Notes: generated by a model not told the origin, from the sequence alone. Shown: positions 33,395 to 43,211, counted from the stretch's first letter. The stretch is 64,000 nucleotides of DNA from an uncultured candidatus Porisulfidus sp. (GCA_965215125.1 OZ244052.1:1834068-1898067); one strand, 5' to 3'. Program-made: numbers and translations.

Positions 33395-34500
33395 TGGCAG
33401 TGTCGGCAACCGAGGCTATACTCACTGTAGGCAAGATTCCGATTCGCAATTTATGGCTACTGATATTCTACGCCTCCGACCTTCATCACCACGACGAGAC
33501 GGCTAGAAAAAACCTCGAAGAAAATCCCGACGACATTGCCGATATCGCGGCGGAGATACTTTGCTATCATGTAGAGCGGCAGCTGATGCGCAATCTGAGT
33601 TTTGGTTATCAAAATAAGGTTGCCGTTCTGAACAGAGTGCGAGGACGTATAGACCTGCTCTATACCGAGTCTCGTCAACTATTGAGCAAAGCCGAAGTCT
33701 GTTGCCGTTTTGCCGAACTTAGCATTGATACACCGCGCAATCGCTATGTGCGTGCGGCATTGCAACATCTAGCTTCGCTAAAACAGCTTGATAGAGAGCG
33801 AAAACACAAATGCCGTTTGCTCGCTATGCAACTTGAAGCCATAGGTGTGGGACGACAAAAACCACCCAACTATGGTGCGAGGAGCGAGCGTTTCGGCTTA
33901 CACGACTACGCAGACCGAGTCATGCTATACGCTGCCGACTTGGCATTTAGCTTAGCCTTGCCGACCGATATAGACGGCGACCATTACCTGCTATCTCCCG
34001 ATAAAGATATCAGCTGGTTGCGAAAGTTATTCGAGCGCGCAGTGCGGGGTTTCTATGCGATTAGACTTAAAGATATATGCGAGGTGAAATCGGAAAAATT
34101 GAAGTGGGATAGACAAAACGAGACCGATAAAATTAAAGACATCTTGCCGGAAATGCAAACCGATATAAGCATTAAAAATAAATCATCCGGCGAGTGTTTA
34201 ATCATTGATACCAAGTTTAACGAAATAACTACCAAAGGACGGCATAGAGGCAAGGCACTGCGCAACAGTTATATCTACCAAATATACGCTTATGTAAGAA
34301 GCCAAGAGCGATACGAAGACCGGTCGTCGCGTTCAACGGCAGGGATGTTGTTGCATCCCTCGGTTGGCGAAGATTACGACGAATCGGTTACTATTCAGGG
34401 CCACGAGTTCAAGTTCTGCACCGTCGATCTCGCAGCTACGGCAAAGCAGATAACTGCCCGATTATTGGATCTGCTGCCCGCATATTTCAGGGAAGTGTGA
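33394..34500 (+). CDS. mcrC: McrC, nuclease subunit of the McrBC restriction system
   Basis: Immediately follows mcrB with stop/start overlap. PD-(D/E)xK-like core (CLIIDTKFNE … IYQIYAYV) and typical size (368 aa). Confidence 0.75.
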   Translation: MAVSATEAILTVGKIPIRNLWLLIFYASDLHHHDETARKNLEENPDDIADIAAEILCYHVERQLMRNLSFGYQNKVAVLNRVRGRIDLLYTESRQLLSKAEVCCRFAELSIDTPRNRYVRAALQHLASLKQLDRERKHKCRLLAMQLEAIGVGRQKPPNYGARSERFGLHDYADRVMLYAADLAFSLALPTDIDGDHYLLSPDKDISWLRKLFERAVRGFYAIRLKDICEVKSEKLKWDRQNETDKIKDILPEMQTDISIKNKSSGECLIIDTKFNEITTKGRHRGKALRNSYIYQIYAYVRSQERYEDRSSRSTAGMLLHPSVGEDYDESVTIQGHEFKFCTVDLAATAKQITARLLDLLPAYFREV

Positions 34501-34523
34501 ACGATACGCGAAGCGCATATCGT
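34501..34523. terminator. Hairpin between convergent mcrC and the small membrane-protein gene (possible bidirectional terminator; weak U-tract)
   Basis: acgatacgcgaagcgcatatcgt, a near-perfect inverted repeat directly after the mcrC stop. Confidence 0.3.
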
Positions 34524-34552
34524 TTAACCGCCGTTAATTTTGAGTTAATAAG

Positions 34553-34813
34553 CTAGTCGGATGTAGATTGTTTACCTCTGTTCTTGAGGCGATCTCTGAG
34601 GTCCATAAAAGCGTTGATGAGCTTTACGAGGAAGAGTACTATGGTCAGAACCAACAGAACCAACCCACCGGCATAATAGATGGGGTCTTCTATTACTAAA
34701 CCTCCCAAAGTTATTGCCATCACAATACCTCCCAGTATTATTAGCAATATGAGTTCGGCTAAGCTACCGTTCTCTTCCCATGTTGTCGATTGAAATGAAT
34801 CGTGATCTACCAT
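34553..34813 (-). CDS. Small membrane protein (2 predicted TM helices), unknown function
   Basis: 86 aa: LILLIILGGIVMAITLGGLVI and GGLVLLVLTIVLFLVKLI. Lies between mcrC and copB. Confidence 0.4.
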   Translation of the reverse strand: MVDHDSFQSTTWEENGSLAELILLIILGGIVMAITLGGLVIEDPIYYAGGLVLLVLTIVLFLVKLINAFMDLRDRLKNRGKQSTSD

Positions 34814-34886
34814 TGTGGCTATCTCAAATTTTCCTTGTTATATCAGTTAATGCGAACATCATAGCACAAGACATTATCCATACCGG

Positions 34887-35594
34887 CTAGAACAAAAGAG
34901 CAAGACCGAGGGTGCCGATAAAAGCACCACTATCTTCGTCGTTGCTTCGGGCAATAGACGAGGTCTCTCCGAGTTTGCGTTCGTATTTAATTTCCAAGTA
35001 GGGTGCGACAGAACGCGCAATCTCGTAGCGCGTTTGTATGCCGAGTTCAATGCTTGAAAAACCCGCACCTATATCTAGCTCCGACACATCTTGTGCGTAA
35101 AGTTCTATTTCAAAATAAGGTTCTGCGATAAGTCTTTGCGTGAACAGAAGTTCGTTTTCTTGTCGAAGGCGCGCACTGAAGTCGCCGTCTTCACTAACAA
35201 ACAAATGTACTTCGGTCTCGAAGAAATAGGGTGCCAATCCGTCAAAGCCGACCACTGCATAGGTCAATGAACGGGGTTGGGTATCGTGCCGTACGCCGAC
35301 TTGAAAATCCCAAAAGCTAGAGATATTGCGGCTATACATTGCCCAAAACTCGGCTTGTTCGGTTTCGCTGTCGCTACGCTCACCCTCGGATTTAAGCCAT
35401 AGTTTATTTTCGTCGGTGCCGATCCAGCCGTCGAAGTCCCAGTCGGAAAAATTACTGCCGTCGTCGGTTGCGCCGATACCTATTTCCAAGTCAAAAGTAT
35501 GGAATGTGCCACCACCGTGTGCATCGTCGGCATGAACTAAAGGGAAAGATAAGATCGTCGCCAAGCCGGCGACGCTTATATATTTAATGAACAT
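34887..35594 (-). CDS. copB: Copper resistance protein B (CopB/PcoB family outer-membrane protein)
   Basis: Signal peptide, then an Asp/Trp-rich beta-barrel-like sequence (…FDLEIGIGATDDGSNFSDWDFDGW…, ending …GLALLF). Sits downstream of copA. Confidence 0.75.
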   Translation of the reverse strand: MFIKYISVAGLATILSFPLVHADDAHGGGTFHTFDLEIGIGATDDGSNFSDWDFDGWIGTDENKLWLKSEGERSDSETEQAEFWAMYSRNISSFWDFQVGVRHDTQPRSLTYAVVGFDGLAPYFFETEVHLFVSEDGDFSARLRQENELLFTQRLIAEPYFEIELYAQDVSELDIGAGFSSIELGIQTRYEIARSVAPYLEIKYERKLGETSSIARSNDEDSGAFIGTLGLALLF

Positions 35595-35599
35595 CGTTT

Positions 35600-37369
35600 T
35601 TATAGCGGGGCATCGCCCGTTCGGTAGAGCGAGTGATGTTTCTCTTCTTGTGCTTTAGGTGAATAAGGTTCAGCCGACACTTTGGCCGGCTCCAGTTTGG
35701 CAACGATAACTTTGTTCATCATGCCCGACATCATGTGATATAGAAGATGGCAATGAAATGCCCATTCGCCGGCTTCGTCTGCGGTGAGCAGTGCCGAATA
35801 GGTATCCCCCGGTGCCACATTCACGGTATGCTTGTTAGGGAGTTTGGATATCGGCTGTCCGTTTTCTAACTGGACGAACATACCGTGCAGATGCATCGGA
35901 TGCGCCATCATCGTATCGTTGATAAAGGTCAAGCGGACGCGTTCGCCGTATTCCAAGTGTATCGGTCCGGAGTCTTCGTATTTGTTGCCGTTCAGTGTCC
36001 ATATATAACGTTCCATATTGCCGCCCAAGCGGACGATAATTTCTCGTTTCGGCAATCGCCGATCCTTTTGAACACCGTAATAGCGTAGGTCTTTATATGT
36101 CAATGCCTTATGTCCTTCGGGTGTATCTGCATCGGCCCATCCACTGCCCGGTGTACCGGTATCGAAGTCGTCGCCCGGCGGATGATACATGTCGTGCTCC
36201 TTGTGCGATGCGTGTTCTGCGTGATCCATATTTGTCGCAGAGTGTTCGCTATGATTCATATCTGCCATATCGTGTTGGCTATGATCCATGCCGGACATGT
36301 GATGCATCTTATGCGCCACGCCCATATCCGCCATCGTCAGTGTTGCGCGTTTGCGTTGACGAGGTGGTTCTCCGCGCATTCCTTCGCGAGGTGCTAAAGT
36401 AGCCAGAGCGAAGCCGGTTCTATCGATCGGTTCGGCAACAATCGTATAAGCCTTATCTTCCGATGGTTCAACGATGGCATCGTAAGTCTCCGCCACACCG
36501 AAGCGGAACTCGTCGACGACCACCGGTTCTATACGCTGACCGTCGGTAGCCACCATCGTCATTTGCAAACCCGGAATTCGCACATCGTAAAAAGACATCG
36601 CCGAGGCATTGATAAAGCGTAGCCTAATACGCTCGCCGACCCCGAAAAGCCCCGTCCAGTTTTGCTCGGGTGTTTTACCGTTGACCAAAAAGGTATAATT
36701 GCCGATATCCGTGAGATCGCTCGGCATCATCCGCATCCTGCCCCACATTTTGGCATTTTCCCATGCTTTGCCGAAACCTTGCTTCTTTGCGTCGGCAAAG
36801 AAATCACCGACGGTGCGCCGAACATAAACATAGTATTCGGATGATTTTTTGAGGTTTGCCATAATCGTGTTCGCATCGTCCTCGTGGAAATCGGAAAACA
36901 AAATCACATAGTCACGATCAACCTTGATACGATCCTCGTCTTGGGGATGAATAACGATAGACCCGTAAAGACCGTCTTGCTCTTGCCCTTTAGAGTGAGC
37001 GTGATACCAGTAAGTCCCGCTCTGCCGAACCCTGAAACGATAAGTAAATGTTTCACCGGGCTTGATACCCGGAAAACCGTTAAAATCGGGCACACCGTCC
37101 ATTTGCCCGGGCAACAACACCCCGTGCCAATGAATGGAAGTATACTCGTTCATCCTATTGTTAACATGAATAACCGCTTCTTCACCTTCGTTGAATTGCA
37201 GGGTCGGAGCGGGGATACTTCCGTTGACAGTAACTCGCTCAAGCGGTTTCCCGGTTATATAAACTTGCGCTTTGGCAACGACTAGGGAATACTCCCGCGT
37301 CTCGGCAACGCACGGCAAAGCAACAAGCACCCCTGCTATCATCAGTATACTCAATAGATATTTAACCAT
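35600..37369 (-). CDS. copA: Multicopper oxidase CopA/PcoA
   Basis: Copper-binding HxH motifs: HWHG, WYHAHS, HPMHLHG, HCHLLYHMMSGMM. Also a Met/His-rich insert (MHHMSGMDHSQHDMADMNHSEHSATNMDHAEHASHKEHDM). Confidence 0.92.
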   Translation of the reverse strand: MVKYLLSILMIAGVLVALPCVAETREYSLVVAKAQVYITGKPLERVTVNGSIPAPTLQFNEGEEAVIHVNNRMNEYTSIHWHGVLLPGQMDGVPDFNGFPGIKPGETFTYRFRVRQSGTYWYHAHSKGQEQDGLYGSIVIHPQDEDRIKVDRDYVILFSDFHEDDANTIMANLKKSSEYYVYVRRTVGDFFADAKKQGFGKAWENAKMWGRMRMMPSDLTDIGNYTFLVNGKTPEQNWTGLFGVGERIRLRFINASAMSFYDVRIPGLQMTMVATDGQRIEPVVVDEFRFGVAETYDAIVEPSEDKAYTIVAEPIDRTGFALATLAPREGMRGEPPRQRKRATLTMADMGVAHKMHHMSGMDHSQHDMADMNHSEHSATNMDHAEHASHKEHDMYHPPGDDFDTGTPGSGWADADTPEGHKALTYKDLRYYGVQKDRRLPKREIIVRLGGNMERYIWTLNGNKYEDSGPIHLEYGERVRLTFINDTMMAHPMHLHGMFVQLENGQPISKLPNKHTVNVAPGDTYSALLTADEAGEWAFHCHLLYHMMSGMMNKVIVAKLEPAKVSAEPYSPKAQEEKHHSLYRTGDAPL

Positions 37370-37474
37370 AATCCAACATCCGCTTAGCGGTCATAACATT
37401 GTGAGAGGGATAAATTCATCGTAAGCATAGCCATACTTGCTTATTATAGGCTACTTTGTCAGCGACGATAACAA

Positions 37475-37565
37475 TGGCGGAGAGAGAGGGATTCGAACCC
37501 TCGATACGGGATAACCGTATACACGCTTTCCAAGCGTGCGCCTTCGACCGCTCGGCCATCTCTCC
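37475..37565 (-). tRNA. tRNA-Ser (anticodon GGA) with a long variable arm; CCA is encoded
   Basis: Reverse complement: GGAGAGATGGCCGAGCGGTCGAAGGCGCACGCTTGGAAAGCGTGTATACGGTTATCCCGTATCGAGGGTTCGAATCCCTCTCTCTCCGCCA. The 7-bp acceptor stem, D-arm, anticodon stem-loop (TTGGAAA) and T-arm (GGTTCGAATCC) all fold. Confidence 0.9.
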
Positions 37566-37668
37566 GCAATCAGAGGCTATATTCTATTACACTTGCACAG
37601 CAGTACACAGTTTGTATTTTCAGGTGATCATATCCCGTAGGTTGTGCGTATCTATGAAAATTGCCGGA

Positions 37669-38505
37669 TTACCGGTTGTAGAAACGGCAGATTTTTTCAA
37701 CACCTTCTGCGATGCGTAGCGAGGGTCGTTGTATTAAATCCGATTCTATATAGTGGGTCGGTATTTGTTTTCCGAATAGATCGGCAATCGTTCCCTTATC
37801 TACGCCCGATTCAAAACTATGGAATATATAATCGGGTTTTGATAACAACAGTGCCTCTCTGCCGAGCCGCACGACTTGCGGTTCCAAATCTGCATAGATG
37901 TTGGTGCCGCCGCAAAGGCTAATCGCTTTTGATATCCAACTCGTGCGGTTGACGCTGAGCGTAGGTTTGAGCCATAACAAATAGGCGGTTTTGTGATTGG
38001 TCTGCACGGTGCGGCGTAGCGATGCCAAAGTTTGCTCGAACCTATCGGCTAAAGCAGATGATTTTTCGGGTTGTCCTATCAATACGCCTACATCTCTCAG
38101 CGTCTTTGCGATGTCTTCAAAATCATTCGGTTCGGAGATGTAAAAATCGTAGCCGGTGTCATTCAATCTCCGAAATACCGGTTGTTTCAGCATCACACCC
38201 CAAACGAGGATTAAATCGGGGGCAAGTTTGAGCAATAATTCACGGTTAAAAGTACGGTAATCGGCAACGACGGGTAGTTCAAGTGCCTGCGGTGGATAAT
38301 CGGAATATTCCGACACGCCGACCAAATACGGACCACCGCCTGCCGAGTAGACTAACTCCGTCAGATGCGGTGCCAGTGTGATAATACGGCGCGCCGGATT
38401 TTCCAATGAAACCGTTCTTTGCCAATCGTCTACGACGACGATTTCGTCTGCATCAACCGTCGCACATAAACCGAGTAGTATGAAAATTATTATTTTATGT
38501 TTCAC
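37669..38505 (-). CDS. btuF: Periplasmic cobalamin-binding protein of an ABC transporter (BtuF-like)
   Basis: ITLAPHLTELVYSAGGGPYLVGVSEYSDYPPQALELPVV and LCGGTNIYAD parallel E. coli BtuF. Confidence 0.8.
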   Translation of the reverse strand: MKHKIIIFILLGLCATVDADEIVVVDDWQRTVSLENPARRIITLAPHLTELVYSAGGGPYLVGVSEYSDYPPQALELPVVADYRTFNRELLLKLAPDLILVWGVMLKQPVFRRLNDTGYDFYISEPNDFEDIAKTLRDVGVLIGQPEKSSALADRFEQTLASLRRTVQTNHKTAYLLWLKPTLSVNRTSWISKAISLCGGTNIYADLEPQVVRLGREALLLSKPDYIFHSFESGVDKGTIADLFGKQIPTHYIESDLIQRPSLRIAEGVEKICRFYNR

Positions 38506-38601
38506 GGCTGTTTATTGTATTAGTCCGTCTATGTGGGTGCAAATGTACCACTTGATTATGTTGATGTGTTGGTGGCGCATACTGTACCTTGTGCAGATAC
38601 T

Positions 38602-38740
38602 TCTGCAACCACCCCATGGAAAGGCTTTACATTTTGTAATATGTATCAAGACTCTGGACAACGTTACGCCGATTGACCTACTGGCTCAATCGGCGGTTCT
38701 ATTGCGCCTGCCACCCCTCCATAGGAGGGGAATTGGTTAA
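38602..38740. repeat. Composite repeat P-Q-R(rev) in the divergent btuF/yajC intergenic region
   Basis: caaccaccccatggaaaggctttacattttg … ctggacaacgttacgccgattgacctactggctcaatcggcggttctatt … gcgcctgccacccctccataggaggggaa. Confidence 0.8.
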
Positions 38741-38876
38741 ACGCGTTAATTGGACAGGTGCGATAAGTTTGAGCGGATATATAATTCCTCTACGGCACGA
38801 GGCAAAAAGTTATTTAGTACTCGCTAAGACTATGTATAATAAGCATTTGGCGAAAAAAGCAATAATTTATATTTCA

Positions 38877-39206
38877 ATGACAGGTTTCATAAACAAAGTA
38901 TACGCACAAGAAGCGGGCGCGCCGGCATCTTCGGCAGGTTATGAATTGCTGTTCATGGTGGTGATATTTTTCTTGATTATGTACTTTTTGGTGATACGCC
39001 CTCAGAACAAGCGCAATAAGGAACACAAGGCGCTATTGAGTTCTCTATCCAAAGGCGACGAAATTTCTACTTCAGGAGGCATCTTGGGCAAGGTTACCGA
39101 AGTGGAAGATAGCTTTGTGCATATAGAGGTGCAGAAGGGCGTAGAGTTGAAAATACAAAAGCACTCGGTTTCGTCGGTATTGCCTAAAGGCACATTGAGT
39201 AGCTAA
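38877..39206 (+). CDS. yajC: Preprotein translocase subunit YajC
   Basis: LLFMVVIFFLIMYFLVIRPQNKRNKEHKALLSSLSKGDEISTSGGILGKVTEV matches E. coli YajC (MILRPQQKRTKEHKKLMDSIAKGDEVLTNGGLVGRVTKV). The ORF-track N-terminus (38673-) runs into the repeat and is rejected. Confidence 0.9.
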   Translation: MTGFINKVYAQEAGAPASSAGYELLFMVVIFFLIMYFLVIRPQNKRNKEHKALLSSLSKGDEISTSGGILGKVTEVEDSFVHIEVQKGVELKIQKHSVSSVLPKGTLSS

Positions 39207-39219
39207 TAATAATTCTATA

Positions 39220-41085
39220 ATGCCCAATCGTTATCCCTTGTGGAAGTATATATTACTGATTGCGGTAGTCACGCTTGCAATCGTTTACGCATTACCCAAT
39301 GCGTATCCTGAAGATCCGACTATAGAAATCTCCGGCGACGATGTTCAGGTCACCGAAAACACCAAAAAGCGAGTAGAAGCATTTCTAGCTAAGCAGAATG
39401 TCGCCTACAAAGAAATGGAAATCACCGAAAACGGCAAATTACTGATTCGCTTTGCCGACACTACAAGCCAACTGTCGGTTGCCGAAAATCTGCGTGAACT
39501 CATGGGTAGCAATTATATCACTGCATTGAATTTAGCAGCGGCAACACCTCAGTGGTTGCGGGATTTTGATGCGACCCCGATGAATCTGGGCTTGGACTTG
39601 CGGGGCGGTGTTTATTTTTTGTTGCAAGTTGATGTAAAAGCCGCACTCGATAAGGCGATGATCAGTTATAGAGATGCGATCCGCGGGATGCTCCGCGAGG
39701 AGCGTTTGCGCTATACCGAGTTTGATGTAGACGATCGAACTTTGAAGATACAATTCTCCGACGAGGAAACCCGAGATGCGGCTTGGGAGCAGGTACGTTT
39801 AGAGATGCCGTTGGTTTTTTCCAATGAAAGTTACGAGCGAGGCAATAGGGCAATGCTCGATCTCACGATTAGCCGAGACGAGATTAAATCTATACAGGAT
39901 TTTGCGGTGCAACAAAATGTTTTAACGCTTAGAAAGAGAGTCAACGAATTGGGTGTTGCCGAACCGAGCATCGCTCGGCAGGGTGTAGACCGCATCGCCG
40001 TCCAACTGCCCGGTGTGCAAGACCCTACTCAAGCCAAAGAGATTTTGGGTGCCACCGCAACTTTGGAATTTCGTATGGTTGCAGAGCAATACGATGCGGC
40101 ACGCGTCGCACGAAACAGGCGTATTCCGCCGGGCACCGAACTGCTATACGAAGGTAGCGAACCGGTATTGCTCAAAAGGGAAGTGATATTGAGCGGTGAG
40201 CATATCGTCGATGCGTCTTCCGGTTTGGATCCCGAGACCAACCAACCGGATGTCAATATCACATTGGACGGGCAAGGGTCGCGTATCTTTAGCCGTGTTA
40301 CCGGACAGAACATCAAACGTCTGATGGCGGTTGTTTTTATAGAAAACAAAAGCTATACCTATCGCGACGACGACGGCGAACTCAAACGCAGAACCAAGAC
40401 AACCGAGGAGGTCATCAGTGTTGCACGCATCCAAGCCCAGCTCGGCAAACGATTTCACATCACCGGATTGGATTCGCCTCAAGCGGCGCGCAAGCTCGCG
40501 TTATTGTTGCGCGCCGGTGCGTTGGCGGCACCGATAGAGATCATAGAGGAACGCACCGTAGGACCCAGCTTGGGGCAGCAAAATATAGATCAAGGCATGA
40601 ATGCCATAGTCTTGGGTTTTATACTCGTTATTTTGTTTATGATAGTTTATTACCGTGTTTTCGGGATTTTTGCAAACATGGCTTTGGTGCTTAATCTGTT
40701 ACTCATCATTGCAATTATGTCCTTGATACCCGGTGCGACGTTGACGTTGCCGGGTATCGTCGGTATCGTATTGACCGTCGGTATGGCAGTGGATGCGAAT
40801 GTACTGATTTTTGAGCGCATACGACAAGAACTACACGTCGGTAGTAGCATACAAGCGAGTATAGACAACGGCTACAGACAAGCATTATCGACGATTGCCG
40901 ATGCCAACATCACGACTTTGATTGCAGCGATCGTGTTGTTTGTTTTCGGTAGCGGTCCTATCAAAGGCTTTTCGGTGACCCTGTCTATCGGTATCTTGTG
41001 TTCTATGTTCACTGCCATTTTCGGCACCCGTGCGCTGGTCAATCTGATGTACGGTGGCCGCAGACTCAAGCAAATCGCGATTTAA
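39220..41085 (+). CDS. secD: Protein translocase subunit SecD
   Basis: 621 aa: N-terminal TM, a large periplasmic domain, and a C-terminal 5-TM bundle (…GIVLTVGMAVDANVLIFERIRQE…). Confidence 0.93.
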   Translation: MPNRYPLWKYILLIAVVTLAIVYALPNAYPEDPTIEISGDDVQVTENTKKRVEAFLAKQNVAYKEMEITENGKLLIRFADTTSQLSVAENLRELMGSNYITALNLAAATPQWLRDFDATPMNLGLDLRGGVYFLLQVDVKAALDKAMISYRDAIRGMLREERLRYTEFDVDDRTLKIQFSDEETRDAAWEQVRLEMPLVFSNESYERGNRAMLDLTISRDEIKSIQDFAVQQNVLTLRKRVNELGVAEPSIARQGVDRIAVQLPGVQDPTQAKEILGATATLEFRMVAEQYDAARVARNRRIPPGTELLYEGSEPVLLKREVILSGEHIVDASSGLDPETNQPDVNITLDGQGSRIFSRVTGQNIKRLMAVVFIENKSYTYRDDDGELKRRTKTTEEVISVARIQAQLGKRFHITGLDSPQAARKLALLLRAGALAAPIEIIEERTVGPSLGQQNIDQGMNAIVLGFILVILFMIVYYRVFGIFANMALVLNLLLIIAIMSLIPGATLTLPGIVGIVLTVGMAVDANVLIFERIRQELHVGSSIQASIDNGYRQALSTIADANITTLIAAIVLFVFGSGPIKGFSVTLSIGILCSMFTAIFGTRALVNLMYGGRRLKQIAI

Positions 41086-41092
41086 TCAAACT

Positions 41093-42001
41093 ATGCAGAT
41101 TATCAAACAAAGCAACCTAGAATTTATGAAATATCGCAATGCGGCACTGATCGTCTCGGCGGCACTCATAGTTCTGAGCATAGCTTCTCTGGCTTATCGG
41201 GGATTAAACTTCGGCATAGATTTCACCGGCGGCACTCTGGTAGAAGTAGGTTATCAACAAGTTGCCGACTTGGCGAGCATCCGCAAGCAACTTGATGATG
41301 CCGGTTTTGAAGACGCACAGCTACAGCATTTCGGCACCGCAAAAGACGTGCTGATACGACTGGCTCCGCGTACCGAGGTTTCGCAGAGCGAGCTGAGCAC
41401 ACAGATTTTGGATGCATTATCGCAACAGCAACAAGCCGAAGTACGGCGGATTGAGTTCGTAGGGCCGCAGATAGGCGAGGAGCTTCGCGAGGACGGTGGT
41501 TTTGCCGTTCTCTATGCTTTGCTGGGCATATTAATCTATGTCGCTTTCCGTTTTGAATATCGCTTTGCCGTCGGTGCGATTATCGCGCTCGTCCATGATG
41601 TATTGATTACGCTGGGTTTCTTCTCTTTGTCGGGCATAGAATTCAATTTGCCGGTGCTCGCTGCGATACTTGCGGTAATAGGTTATTCGTTGAACGATAC
41701 GATCGTGATTTACGATAGAGTTCGCGAGAGCTTCATCAAATTCAAAGATGCTGCCGAGAAAGTCATCAATAAATCCATCAATTTGACATTGGCGCGCACC
41801 TTGATTACCTCGCTTACTACGCTCTTGGTGCTTATCGCTTTGTTTATATTCGGTGGCGAGATTTTAACCGGCTTTACCGTCGCTTTGATAGTCGGCGTTA
41901 TCATCGGTACCTATTCCTCTATCTATGTTGCGAGTCTGTCTATATTGATGATGGGGATTAACTACAAGCACGTTGTTCCGGCAAAGAAAGAAGGTGTCTG
42001 A
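41093..42001 (+). CDS. secF: Protein translocase subunit SecF (start at MQIIKQ…)
   Basis: NFGIDFTGGT, GYSLNDTIVIYDRVRE, C-terminal TM bundle. Follows secD. Confidence 0.92.
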   Translation: MQIIKQSNLEFMKYRNAALIVSAALIVLSIASLAYRGLNFGIDFTGGTLVEVGYQQVADLASIRKQLDDAGFEDAQLQHFGTAKDVLIRLAPRTEVSQSELSTQILDALSQQQQAEVRRIEFVGPQIGEELREDGGFAVLYALLGILIYVAFRFEYRFAVGAIIALVHDVLITLGFFSLSGIEFNLPVLAAILAVIGYSLNDTIVIYDRVRESFIKFKDAAEKVINKSINLTLARTLITSLTTLLVLIALFIFGGEILTGFTVALIVGVIIGTYSSIYVASLSILMMGINYKHVVPAKKEGV

Positions 42002-42048
42002 GCGATGCGCAAAGACCTTATAAAACTCATACCTACCGAGGTAACACG

Positions 42049-42486
42049 ATGAGCGATAACGATTTTAACGACGACGATATTACATTGGCGAGTGGACTAG
42101 CCGCCTTTGAAGCTAAGCACTTTGCCAGAGCGATCCAGATACTCGGCCCGTTGATCGAGAAAGGTAATGCCGAGGCGATGTACCGCAGCGCGATTATTTA
42201 CCAAAACGGGCTCGGTGTGCACGCCAACGAAGAAGCGGCACTGCGTATGATGTCTGCGGCGGCGGAGCAAGGACACGCCTTGGCGCAACACGGTTTAGGT
42301 TTTATGTATATGCAGGGCGAATGTGTCGCACGCGACGGCGAGAAGGCGGTTGAATGGTTTAGCAAGGCGGCGGAACAGGGACTGGCAGGATCTCAAACGA
42401 CGCTGGCAATGATCTACGAAGAGGGTACTTTGGTACCTAGAAATACCGAATTAGCAAGCTACTGGTACAAGAAAGCCGGTTTTTAG
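42049..42486 (+). CDS. Sel1-repeat (TPR-like) protein
   Basis: Three or four Sel1 repeats (AEAMYRSAIIYQNGLGVHANEEAALRMMSAAAEQGHALAQHGLGFMYMQGECVARDGEKAVEWF…). Confidence 0.8.
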   Translation: MSDNDFNDDDITLASGLAAFEAKHFARAIQILGPLIEKGNAEAMYRSAIIYQNGLGVHANEEAALRMMSAAAEQGHALAQHGLGFMYMQGECVARDGEKAVEWFSKAAEQGLAGSQTTLAMIYEEGTLVPRNTELASYWYKKAGF

Positions 42487-42492
42487 ACCGCA

Positions 42493-42712
42493 ACAGTTAA
42501 TTCCCCTCCTTCGGAGAGGTGGCCTATGCATTTTGCAATGCATGCGTTTAGCAGTCATGTTGAGGTTCTGAACAAAGTCACGCCGATTGACCTACTGGCT
42601 CAATCGGCGGTTCTTGCATTTCGTGATGTATGCGTCACCAACGCTCTCAGTTTCTGCACAAAGTCACGCCGATTGACCTACTGGCTCAATCGGCGGTTCT
42701 ATCATAGCTTTC
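42493..42712. repeat. Composite repeat: R 5' half, S, Q, a spacer, then a second Q
   Basis: ttcccctccttcggagaggtgg|cctatgcattttgcaatgcatgcgtttagcagtcatgttga|ggttctgaacaaagtcacgccgattgacctactggctcaatcggcggttc…|…gtttctgcacaaagtcacgccgattgacctactggctcaatcggcggttctat. Confidence 0.8.
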
Positions 42713-43211
42713 TAGAATCGTAAGCCCAATGCAACAACGCTTGCCGTTGCCGAGGGCGACAATTTATATCGCCGCGTCTGCAATATTTTTTGATGGCACC
42801 TACATGCCGTTTGATTGCACGCCATCGTTTGATCTGCCTTGCGTCTTCCGAAGGAATACGCCGCCCCATATAATAGCGGCAGTACCATTGAAACCAACCG
42901 CGCGGATCATAAGGATAAATCCAACCTTTCTTTCTCCATTCCTGCAACGGCAACGAAGCGTCCACTTTGAAATAATTTAATGCAGGGTCTTTATGCAGTA
43001 ATGCGAGTTTGGCATCCTTGAACCAAGTGTACGGAAATTCGTCTTGGCAATCACACATGTATTTGCCACCGAAAATTCCCAGCTTCAGCAATTCTCTGGG
43101 TTTGAGTTGTGGTTTGAAGTCCTCGTCAAAATTACGACCTACGGGTTCTACCAAGTAATAGACATAATTTCTCTGCATTTTGTCGTTGACCACGACTTTT
43201 TTTCGTGTCAT
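42702..43211 (-). CDS. Conserved hypothetical basic Trp/Cys-rich protein (possibly DUF4186-like)
   Basis: 169 aa, pI clearly basic (…YCRYYMGRRIPSEDARQIKRWRAIKRHVGAIKKYCRRGDINCRPRQRQALLHWAYD). No motif I can assign with confidence. Confidence 0.4.
   Translation of the reverse strand: MTRKKVVVNDKMQRNYVYYLVEPVGRNFDEDFKPQLKPRELLKLGIFGGKYMCDCQDEFPYTWFKDAKLALLHKDPALNYFKVDASLPLQEWRKKGWIYPYDPRGWFQWYCRYYMGRRIPSEDARQIKRWRAIKRHVGAIKKYCRRGDINCRPRQRQALLHWAYDSRKL

Noticed and set aside
37565-37669. Cobalamin riboswitch upstream of btuF-like gene, or an integrase / att site next to tRNA-Ser
   Set aside because: No B12-box-like sequence was recognisable in the btuF leader. No integrase ORF or tRNA 3'-end direct repeat was found in the adjacent block
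38673-38876. Long N-terminal extension of yajC in the ORF track (177 aa)
   Set aside because: The extension is encoded by the P-Q-R repeat cluster and AT-rich promoter DNA. The YajC homology begins at Met 38877, which gives the expected ~110-aa protein
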